Shown here in pieces: positions 13,849-24,489 of a DNA stretch of 64,000 bases. The position numbers and the translations under genes are program-made. Source of the stretch: Torpedo marmorata (taxonomy: Eukaryota); NCBI GenBank assembly GCA_977017645.1, contig OZ360222.1:157790001-157854000 (forward strand), written 5' to 3'. The notes beneath the pieces were generated by a model. That model saw only the letters and a list, made by a program, of their open reading frames with translations. It searched no databases and had not been told where the DNA came from. Position 1 is the first letter of the stretch. Every line of letters begins with the position of its first letter.

Positions 13849-13897
13849 TTTGTTGTTGCAATGGCATCTTCGCCAACTTGGTCTTCTACCAGGTTGA
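13849..13897 (-). pseudogene. Duplicated fragment of RHBDD3 last exon
   Basis: Aligns to 15952-16003 with a few substitutions and a 3-nt deletion. Confidence 0.8.
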
Positions 13898-14059
13898 ACT
13901 TTGCTTTGTGATTGTAAAGAAAAATAATTATTGTTGAAGATGTCAGTGTTTAATGATGTTCATTAATTTATTTAGTGAAACCTCTGATTTTTTTTTTGCG
14001 TTGAAATATTACACAGAAACAGATGTAACATTTGAAAATTAATTAAAATGCTCTCTAAT

Positions 14060-14286
14060 GGTAAAGGTAAAGGTTCCATTATTGTCACGTAATACTACAT
14101 TTAGAATGTTACATGAAATTCTTTAATTTTTGTCTACCGTAAAGCAGACAAAGGGTCGCTATTTTGTCCAGCGCCCCTCACAGAAAACTACAGTACCTGG
14201 TGTTCCTAGGCGGTCTCCCCTCCAAGTACTGACCAGTCCTGTGCCTGCTTAGCTTCTGAGATCAGACAATCCCAGTCGTATTCAGG
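14060..14286 (-). mobile_element. 5S rRNA-derived SINE (SINE3-type)
   Basis: 14188-14286 reverse complement matches 5S rRNA (GTCTGATCTCAGAAGCTAAGCAGG..AGTACTTGGAGGGGAGACCGCCTAGGAACACCAGGTACTGTAG), followed by a non-5S body and an (ACCTTT)n tail. Confidence 0.85.
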
Positions 14287-14589
14287 TGTCATTTTTATTT
14301 AAAGTGAAGGTTCCTTTTCACCTAATTTGTCCAGTTTTTAGCTGTTATACCTTTTAGGATATGGTTCATGTGACAAGCAATGTACTTAGCAATCTTCTGA
14401 ACAAATTAAATAACTGCAAACCGACAATTACATAAATATTTGATGCTGAAATATTATACAGATGTTTGGAAAAGTAGATTTAAATTTCATTAACTATGTA
14501 TACATTGCCAAATACTCCTAATCTGATTCATAAATACTGGAAACCAATTTCAAAACAATTAAACCATATTGTTTGCCCTATATTTTTAT

Positions 14590-14592
<3 letters not shown>

Positions 14593-14625
<33 letters not shown>

Positions 14626-14637
14626 CGTGCGCGTGCA

Positions 14638-14683
<46 letters not shown>
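14593..14683. repeat. (TA)n/(TG)n microsatellite
   Basis: Directly visible. Confidence 0.95.
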
Positions 14684-14684
<1 letters not shown>

Positions 14685-15635
14685 CGTATAGTTCAGCGTA
14701 TAAGTCGACTCGCGGATAAGTCGACCCCCCTTTTTCAGCCTAATTTTAATGGTTTTATTGTATATCCGGCATATTAGTCAACCCCCAATTTTCAGGCTGT
14801 CCGGGCCTCCCAGCAACAACCCAAAATTTGTTACAACACCCCAATCACCAAGTAACAAAGCTGTAAATTAAGCAAGTAAGTTAAAAAAACAGTAAAAAAA
14901 AAACCTTTGCTTCTGGCCGGGAAGATGCCAAATGGAGCTGGGTCCAAGTCTTCAGCTTCGGCTGCAGCCAGAGTCGGCGACGGGCGACTCCATTCTCCAC
15001 ATCGGGTGCGGTGCTGTCCTTATTGAAGAAGTCGCCTCACTGCCCAAGTGTGCTCGGTGCAGGAACCACGGTACGTGTCGGCTCCCGAGCAGGTGTGGGG
15101 ACTCGTTCTCCCGGGCAGGAGCGGCGACGTCGTTCTCCCGAGCAGGTGCGGGGATCTCGTTCTCCCGAGCAGGTGCGGGGAGCTCGTTCTCCCGAGCAGG
15201 TGCGGGGAGCTCGTTCTCCCGAGCAGGTGCGGGGAGCTCGTTCTCCCGAGCAGGTGCAGTGGGGGGGAGCTCGTTCTCCCGAGCAGGAGCGGCGACCTCG
15301 TTCTCCCGGGCAGGAGCGGCGACTTCAGGCTCTACAATTGTAGAATGTCTGGGTGGTTTATGGCAGCACCCGGCGGTGGGGAGGTGTCGGGGAACGGTGG
15401 CGGCGGCGGTGGGGAAGTGCTTCCAGCGTCAACCTATACGCCGAATCGGTTTTTCATGGGTCGACTTATACGCCAAATCGGGTTTTCAAGGGTCGACTTA
15501 TATGCCGAATCAGCGTGGAGTAGTTTTTGAGCTGATTTTAAGATCTCAAAAGTATATCTGGCGTATAAGTCGACCCCCGTTTTTTGAGAGATTTTTGAGG
15601 GTTTCAAGACTCGACTTATACGCCGAAATATACGG
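14684..15635. mobile_element. Tc2/pogo-like MITE inserted in (TA)n
   Basis: TIRs CCGTATA(G/T)TTC(A/G)GCGTATAAGTCGA, subterminal GTCGAC repeats, TA flanks. Confidence 0.85.
15080..15325. repeat. 27-bp GC-rich minisatellite, about 9 copies
   Basis: Unit TCGTTCTCCCGAGCAGGTGCGGGGAGC; explains the three repetitive ORFs at 14932-15816. Confidence 0.95.
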
Positions 15636-15693
<58 letters not shown>

Positions 15694-15712
15694 ATATATA
15701 CACAATATATAT
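15636..15712. repeat. (TA)n/(CA)n microsatellite
   Basis: Directly visible. Confidence 0.95.
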
Positions 15713-15929
15713 GTATGTCAGTCATGGCTTCTGATAATCATAAATTATTAAAATATATTACCACTAAACAGGGATCTTTAAGTAACGTTTTTGTAGTTGA
15801 TGCAAATCTATATTAAAAAAAAGGTTTTGCACTGTGACCCATGTAAAACTAGCATCGAATGTCTATATTTAAATCTTCTTTCAGGAATCTGTAAACACTT
15901 CCTTCATTATGCAGCAGTATCACTGATAT

Positions 15930-16163
<234 letters not shown>

Positions 16164-17346
16164 TTAGATCTTGCCTAGTATTGTTACTGGTTTGTACTGA
16201 AACAGAGATTTCTGTTCACATGCTGTGAAATGTAGGAACCACTGGCAGATTCAGATGGCTGAATATGCCAGCTCACTCTGCTGTTGGACTCCATGCGGAT
16301 GTGATCTCTCACTGAGGTTCCCCAGCATAAACTGGAGATCTGCTGTAGGATCCGAGACCACCACCACCACCCCCTTGATTTCAATGGAAACTGTAGGACA
16401 AAGGATTAGGAACAGTAATGTGGGAATCTGCATTCTTTCTTTACTGTTTTACATCTGTGTTTTAAGTTAGAAAATATTTTTCAAAATATAAATTGTTTTA
16501 ATTTCTGATATCTCTGAGTATCAGAAAATATATTCTGAGAATAACTTCTAATTTCCAAAAAGGACTTGCATTAAGTGCTGTGTATCCATTTGAGAAAACC
16601 CAATTAAACTTCAAACAAAATCCTCCATTTGAAATAAAATTTTGGTCTAAACAAAGCTTTCATATAATGGCTAGAGGAAATAATCCAGAGAATGTGCAGT
16701 CCAGCCAAAAGATGTTATATGAGCAATGAATCTTAACAGTGCTCCCTTCCTCCATTCTAAGATCAGATTTCTGAACATTGTTCTGTTTGTTGACCAACCA
16801 AATAGACTGTTTCTTTTGCTGTATATTGTACTGTTACACCTGTTTAATTCAGGTAGCCAACACTGTTACCTTAATATTTGTGTATACCCTAACATAGGAA
16901 AAAGCAATTGTACCAGCATATAGTTATAGTACAAACTGCACTATAAACATGTGAAACCTGCACATAAATAGACTCAGAGTCAACTGATTAAAAAAAAATT
17001 AAAACTGAAGATGCAGGAAAAATAAAACAGAAACAGAAAAGGCTGATACACTTAGCAAATCAGGCCACAACTGTGGGAGGAGAAACAGAGTCACCATTTC
17101 AGACTGGAGACACTTCATCAACTGATCACTTTTATCAAAACATAATTTTAATTTTAAATACAATTTTAACCATTTTTGTCCTTGGAAACGTTTCGGTAGA
17201 CATGTGGTTCCAGGGCTTGATAACAGTAAACATTAGGAACTGAATTTAACTGATCATTAGCTCTGCTTGAAATTATTACTTTTATTAAATAAGACTTAAT
17301 TAGACATTTCAAATAATTTTGTTTTTATTTATTACCAGTTACTCAC

Positions 17347-17748
17347 CGCAGAGAGGAAACTGAAGATTTGGGTACTTCCAGTTTACTGTTCTGATCCATT
17401 CTTGATTCTTTTAAGGAGGCAGCAATGGTAGCATGTAAAAGGTCCTCATCTGTGAGAAGGCCACAAGCTACAGCAGTATAAATATTATCTGGATTCAGAT
17501 GATAAAATTCAGGGAGACAATGGCTAGGATCCAGCTGGTCAGAATATGTAGAACAACACGGATTATTAGAGTCTGCTTGGAAGTTACGGGCTTCCATTGA
17601 TCCAGTGTGAGGTTGTGTCGGAGGCAATATCTGGTTGGAATCTATATCAATATTACAGCTATGGTTTTCCTTTATAAAATGATCAGTGGTGGCTATAAAA
17701 TGCATCGGAGAGGATGTGTGAGTTTGGTGGTCCTCAGCCAGCGGGTAC
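17347..17748 (-). CDS. RHBDD3: RHBDD3 coding exon 4
   Basis: tttgcag acceptor, gtgagt donor, phase 2 to 2; ends DEDLLHATIAASL...PKSSVSSLR as in RHBDD3. Confidence 0.92.
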
Positions 17749-17869
17749 CTGCAAATGTAACATAAATGTATTGCTTTTAACAAGAGGGTACTATTGTCCC
17801 AATTAGGAAAAGTAGATGAGAGTCAATTAGTTACACAGCACAAATTCACCAGGTACAGGTATACAGGTA

Positions 17870-18990
17870 TATGCAGACCATCGAGTACCCATCCATATCA
17901 CTCCCTTTCTCTAGCACTCAACCTGTAGCCTTCTGTGTCTTAGTTATTGAGTCTCTGCTTCCACCATTCCCTCAGCAGTGAGTTCGATTCCCACTGTCAA
18001 GGTGGAAAAAAATCTTGTTTAAATCTCCTGTGCTCTACCTTAAATCTGTGTGCTTTGATTTTATAAACCTCCACTTTCTTACTGTCTATCTTATCCACTT
18101 TCTTACTGTCTATCTTATCTGTGCCCTTAATAATTGTGTACACATCAATCTGGTCTCCCACTCGGCCTTCCCTGCATCAAGGAAAACAAGTCCAGTCAAT
18201 CCAGTTTTTTCTCGTAACGGAATTTTGCTCCGTGCTGGCACCATCTTGGTGAATCCCCTGTGCACACTCTGCAGTAAAATCATGTCCGTCCTATAGTGTA
18301 GAAATCAGAATTGCAAATACTAATCCAGCTGTGGCCTAAACAATGTTTTATAAAGCACTCCCATAATGTCCTTGCTCTTACATGAGAACATAGGACATAT
18401 TTATATGAACCAAGTACCCTATATGTCTTTTTAACCACTTTCTCTACCTGTGCTCTCACCTTTCGGGATCCTTGTACATCATGATCCCTCTTACTCACTA
18501 TTATAAGGACCCTATTGTTCATTATGCCTTATTAATCTTGCTCAAATGCATCACCTCACACTTATCAGCAATAAATTCCACCTACCATTGCTCTGGCCAA
18601 ATTACCAATTCATAAATTTTGTCTTGTGACCCAAGACTATCCTCCTCACTATCAGTGACAGCATTAATTTTTATGCCATATTCAATTGTACTCAGTGCAC
18701 CTCTGACATTCGCATCCATATTATTTGTGTCCATAACTAAGAGTCCTATCTCTGATCCCTGTGGTACACCACTGGTGACAGATTTACAAAGAAATAATTT
18801 CACTATCACCGTCTATCTCCTATTACCAAACCAATTTTGGATCCAATTTGCCAACACCCTGAATTCCATGAGCACTCATTTCTGGAACCAGTCTCCCGCA
18901 TGTGACCTTGTCAAAGGCTTTATTGATATCCATGTGGACCATCAATCACTATACTTGTTAGCGCTCTGAAAAATTCAATCATATTGGTCA
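17870..18990 (-). mobile_element. CR1 LINE fragment
   Basis: SVTSGVPQGS RT motif and downstream CR1 ORF2 remnants. Confidence 0.8.
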
Positions 18991-21565
18991 ATGAGAATCT
19001 CCAATTGTAGTGCTGAAGATTCTTCTCAGAACCAGTTGTGTCTCTAGCCAGGTAGATCCAACACAGTTAAAACACTGCCATCCAGCCAATGTTATGGGAT
19101 TAACAATATATGGCCCCTCCAAAAAGCAAGACAAGTCTGACCTAACCAATTGCCACCTTACTCTTCTTCAAGTGATGAAGGAATCAATGACAGTGCTATC
19201 AAATAACACCGAGTCATCAATAACCTGTTTATCAATCCTAAAATTAAGTAAGGAATTAATTTTTCCTGACACAATTAGATTTTACCCTGTATTAAAATTT
19301 AGCAGACAAAATGTTTATATTTTCAGTCTCTTACCAGGAGTGAGGCCCACACATCATTGTGTGATTAAATGTATTTCATTCTGAAAGCAGACCAGTGAGC
19401 AAAATTCTGCACTGTCATTGTCTCGTGGTTTTGACCTTTACAATGAGTACGGGTTTGGGATCAGTAATGCTGTAGTGTCATTGTAAGGAAGGCACAATGG
19501 GAGTTATAAACAAGTTGCACGATCTAATTGAATAATGCATTTGTGTTCCCTTACTCCACAGTAAAACATTACAATAGCACATGCTAATCAGGAACCACTG
19601 TTCTGGCTACAATCCAAGAAAAAGAAAACTACAGCATCGAGTGAAAGTGCTGTATTTCCAAACATAACCAATTGTTCCATGACTGCATCTATCCCCCGTT
19701 CTGACACCCAGATGATTTTCTTTGATCAGGCAATGAAACAGATCAAGCTGCCCTGTCCATTGAACAGAGTCGCAATTAGAGGTCTTCCCACCCAGATATT
19801 TTCCAGATATGAAGGGCAGAACTAGCTGACCGTTCGCACCCAAAAATTATCCAGTGGAGCAAAATGGTATCACAGCTGTGAGTACTGTTAAAGTCCCATC
19901 CCACAGTTCTCCGAAAGATCTTGACAGCTGATCACTGTTAGAATGATTCACAAACTATTCAACTAGATTTAAATAGGTTTTCAAAGTTAATTAACGTTTC
20001 AAAGAGAATTACTATTTTTAAAAATACTACAATACCAACAAGTGAATAAAATCATTACAATAAAATTAAATAATTCAAACACTTACCTGCATTTACCTTT
20101 TCTCACAGCCTGGCAATGCCATAAGGTAACCATGTGCTCAACAGTTATCCCTGGGACAAACATAAAGTGCATGCAGCCATTCTTTTCAGCATTTCATTCT
20201 GCCGCTATGCTCCATGGTCACTCTAGCAGTCGAGCAAGAGGGCAGGTTCATGCCCATCAACCTCCAGCTCAATTTGGATTTCCAAATTTGGCCATGCTGT
20301 AAGTGTTTGAGAAAAACTGAAGCTCAACAGACTAACAACTATCAGTTAGTTAAATTTTGCCAGGTTGGAACTCCACATTTGGCTTCTCCTGGAAGTTTTG
20401 TACATCAGAGGTGAGGACAGGATTGGAACTAAATTGCATCTCATATTCACATGATGTGCTATCAGAATCCTACTGAGCGACCCTGTATCACGATGTGAAG
20501 ACCTACAGGTGAGTTATGAGTAAAATGGGTGTAGGAACAAAATTGTAGCAGCCTCAGGGATGTTCTTTTTTAAAAATAGTTTATTTTCCAAGGAAGAAGC
20601 AATCGGAGAAATCTAATAGCTTTAATAGACCAACATGCAGCTTGTTTAAAAATCATTAGAAAGGGGTTAGATTTCACATTTACATTATCGAACAAGGATA
20701 AGTGAATCTCACTCTTAAGTAAACTTGTAGTAAATAAAATGTAGTTTTGACATTATTGGGTGGCAGTTCTGCACAGAATCTCCAGATAATGCTGTAAGCA
20801 GCTTATTTTGCTGCTGGATTCTACACTAGCACACTGTAACATGGTATTCCTGAATGAGCTGAAGGTCAGCACTCCACTGGGAGTTTGATGCTGAGTCCAG
20901 GGTTGAGGGACATGATGCACATCAGATACCGCACTTCCGCTTTACCCTCAAGTTGGTTGACTTGCATAGCATGACCATCATCATTTGAATGGGGTTGCTA
21001 ACGTTGAATGGAAAGGTGTGTGAAGGTGAGCAGCGCTTTTTATTTTACTGAAAGTTTTAAATTTAGTTCTCGCACCTGGAGCTGCTTTCAAGTTCATTTA
21101 TTATTTTTGTTTATACTGTATATTTCACTATGTTATTAAAATCCATTTTAACAGTTTTAAAATGTCTGATCAGCAGAGGTATGTTGTTTTAATTGTTCAA
21201 AGGCATCTGATAGCTGTCCAAAAGTCATCAGGGAGCAGGTCCTCAAGATCGTCTGCCTGAGGCCCAGTCGACACTCACGGCCAACTTTAATTCTTGAGAT
21301 AGTTGTGCAAGGGAGACCGTTAGGATAGCTAGACTCATGAAGTGACAAAAAGCATTGATGTGGAAAGATTACCATCAACGCTATCATAATAATATTATTA
21401 TGATAGCTTGCGGCTAGATCTAGCACGGTCCAATTCAATGTCCAATAGCAAGAGAGAAACATAGAGTTAAGATCAGAGTGGAACGTGCCTAAATATTACT
21501 TTTGCAACATATTTACTGTATATTGTAAACAGATAAAGTTTTATATAACTAAGTGCTCTGCTCAC

Positions 21566-21722
21566 CTCTCTGTTTTTATTTTAACTGGAAGGTGATATTG
21601 TGCTGGAGAGAAGATGAATGGTATCCAAGAAATACGTTGTAGAAACCTACAAAGAGCCAGTCTTTCAACATATTCTATCACAAAGTCTGGCAACTCCAAC
21701 CAAGCTAAAAACCTATAACTAT
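21566..21722 (-). CDS. RHBDD3: RHBDD3 coding exon 3 (absent from the ORF track)
   Basis: YSYRFLAWLELPDFVIEYVERLALCRFLQRISWIPFIFSPAQYHLPVKIKTER; ttcag acceptor, gtgagc donor, phase 1 to 2 fits both neighbours. Confidence 0.9.
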
Positions 21723-22299
21723 CTGAATAAAATTGTCAAGGTCATTCAAAGTAATATTACAATATGTACGTGCAGTAGACCCTTAACATCTAAATTTAAA
21801 TCTCTTATTTGCATTAATGTAATTCTGATTTCATGGATTTAACTGAATGTAATAGCAAAAATAAACATCTAATAATCATTGGATAAAATAAAAGAAAAAT
21901 ATACTTGATCAGAGGAAATATTCAGTCAGAAAGTAATTAGGTAACGTGAAAATCAAAAATAACTGTAGATGCTGGAAATCTAAAACTAAGTAGAAAATGC
22001 TGGAAACACTCAGCAGGTGAGACATATTTGTCGAAAGAGACATATATGTCTCTCTCTCTCTCCCTCCAAGTCATAGTCATGCAAAAGGGGCCAGGCAATT
22101 TGCCCCAATTTAAAAGTGTTGGTAAATGGGATTAGTATAGATTGGGTATTTGATGGTCAGAATGGGCAACTGGGCTGAAGGACCTGTTTCTGTGCTGTAT
22201 GATTATTATTCATGTATCATTCAAAATATTTCAGAAACATATCCCAAGTCTTCTAACAAGGAGCCACCACAGAACTTTTTTTTTGGGGGGGCAACATAT

Positions 22300-22745
22300 T
22301 TGGAATAAAATTGGAGGAACAACAACTTATGTTCTGTCTCAGCTCTCCATCCAGACGGCATCAATATCGACCTCCAATTTCTGTTAACCTCCAGTCTCTC
22401 TTTCCCCTCATCCCTCTGCCTCCCTTCCTCCAGCTCCCCAACACCTTCCCTTCCTTCTCCTATCAGAGAGCTATTTTTTTTAGCCCTCTGCCCTCTCCCC
22501 CATCACTTCTCAGCTTCTTTCTCTTCTACCCTCCCACTCTTATCTGTTAGCCTGTGTTCCTCTCCCTTCCCCCCACCACCTTTTTATTCAGGTATCTGCC
22601 TGATTTCGGCACTCCTGAAGAATGGCTTAAGCCCAAAACATCGACTGCCTTTTAGTTTCTCTGGATGCTGTGTGACCTGTTTAGTTTCTCCAGCACTTTT
22701 GTGTACCACACTAGACCCCAGCATCTGCAGATTTTCTTGTTTACC
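22300..22745 (+). mobile_element. Penelope-like 3' fragment with decayed hammerhead (22608-22649)
   Basis: Pyrimidine-rich tract followed by ggcactc-CTGAAGA-atggcttaagccc-AAAAC-ATC-gactgcc. Confidence 0.7.
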
Positions 22746-22959
22746 TACATTTGAAATAAACATGTACAAAAATAATGTGCAGCCTATTCCTGGATCACAG
22801 AATACGTTATGATGTATGATACTTTGAGTAAATTGAAATTAAAACTATACTTTAATAGCAATGTGTTTACATCCCCTATAGGATATATTTTAAAAGCACT
22901 TGACTAAGAATAAAACCTAGAACCCTTTGAACATATGTTGTTAGCCTTTGCTATTTATT

Positions 22960-23366
22960 GTAGCTCTGAGGGTAGCAGTCCTACCACTGATTCAGAAGAG
23001 TTCAGCTTCAAGTAAAACTCTAAGAGATTTGTGTGCAAAAATCTAGAGCAAAGTTCTGGTGCAGTATTGAGAGAAGTACTACTCCATTGATGGTACAGTA
23101 CCATCTTTGAGATGAAATGTTAAACCAAGGTCTCATCTGTCCCATCAGGTGAATGTAATTAATTTCCTGGAAACAGAGCAGGCGAGTTATCCTTGGTGTC
23201 AAGGTCAATATTGATCCCTCACTTCACATTACTGCACTAAAAAAAATTGGGTCAAACCAGCTGTTTACACATTGGTTGCAAGATTTTCTTTGATATAACA
23301 GTGCCTACATTTTTGAAGTACACCATTGTCTATAGAGTGCTTTGGGATATCTTTTAAGTGCAAATA
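22960..23366 (+). mobile_element. DeuSINE (SacSINE1/AmnSINE1-like)
   Basis: Deu-domain-like gatgaaatgttaaaccaaggtctcatctgtcccatcaggtg...gagcaggcgagttatccttggtgtc..caatattgatccctc; recognised from memory. Confidence 0.65.
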
Positions 23367-23430
23367 CACATCTTTCAACACAAACTGAAAGCTAAAGAGA
23401 GCTAAATTCCTGTACTACTAGAAAGGATAC

Positions 23431-23826
23431 AGAGCAAGCCAACAATAACTCCACAAATATGGAGAAGTACAGATGAACTTGATATAACAAGGTAGGCAAC
23501 TGGGAGTAGTAGCCACGGTATTGCTGCTGCATTAATCCCTGCTACAGTGAAGGTCCGTTTCATTTCAGAACTATAGCAGTTTAGTGTCACCATAGCAAAT
23601 TGAACAGTTGTGAAACCACACACAGGTGCTTCTTCAAACCTTAATAGTTTGCCCAAAAGCAGGTAAATAAGTGCAGAAAAGGCAGCAAAAATGACAGAGA
23701 GGTAAAGGTATCGAATGGTACCCAACTGTTCCTCCAGACGGCTGCTGAGGACAACTAACCATGCAATGTTGACAAGCAAAGTAAATATATTGTCATGACA
23801 GAAGCAGTAGCTTAGTAAACGGTACA
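23431..23826 (-). CDS. RHBDD3: RHBDD3 coding exon 2 (rhomboid-like TM domain)
   Basis: ctacag acceptor; VYRLLSYCFCH...EEQLGTIRYL...CGF...LLHICGVIVGLL; phase 1 to 1. Confidence 0.95.
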
Positions 23827-24489
23827 CTGTAGGAATAAAACAGAATAGAAATTAATTTACTTCCACTATTGAGGTAACCTACTTAAACTGTCGCAATCTT
23901 CCAAATATATTTCTGCAATAAAAGTAAGATGTATCTTGTTTTACTGTTAAATTGTTGATGTGTTTCAAATTTGGTGATTTTTCATGGAATTTTGTAAGTT
24001 TTATTTTACATAGATAAACTCTGGTGCCAACAGGATACCATCATTCTTTCCTAACAAATTTGCAACATCTGACATTTACTGTGCACCTGATTTTAAATTC
24101 AGCTCCCATAATGGGTCAACAATTTAAAATATTACCTGATACAACAAAGTTCATAAATAGGTTCAGTATCAGATCAATAGGATCAGGCACAGTACTGGAG
24201 GCGGAAACACAATTGGTCTTCATGTTCTTGAGTCAATTGAGAATAAAATTGATCAGGGATCCCAATATTACAGTGATGCTCAGGTCTTTTCTTGGAGGGA
24301 TATGAACACACTTAGACAATAGCAGGATCAAGTTGCATGGAACTTCCAAAACAAAAACTTTGTCAACATCACGATTAATTAGAAGAAAGGCCTCTCCAAA
24401 AGGCTTCCACAGAACAAAATATGGGCACTAAAATAAAATGTTCAAAGGGAAACAGAGATGTTTCTCTTCTATACCCAACTATTATTCTT

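Larger units (their letters stand above)
21723..23430 (-). other. U12-type (minor spliceosome) GT-AG intron
   Basis: 5' splice site GTATCCTTTC; branch site ACCTTGAC (21735-21742) 12 nt before the exon. Confidence 0.88.

Noticed and set aside
14188-14286. Functional 5S rRNA gene
   Set aside because: About 16 nt of the 5' end are missing, there are many substitutions, and it is fused to a retroposon tail
14932-15816. 294-aa repetitive ORF, or a CRISPR-like array
   Set aside because: Contiguous 27-bp minisatellite without unique spacers inside a MITE; open frames result from GC-rich repeats; no cas genes and the context is eukaryotic
21157-21462. 101-aa minus ORF with a gtgagt donor as RHBDD3 exon 3
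   Set aside because: The true exon 3 is 21566-21722 by homology, phase and U12 branch site; this ORF lacks similarity and a good acceptor
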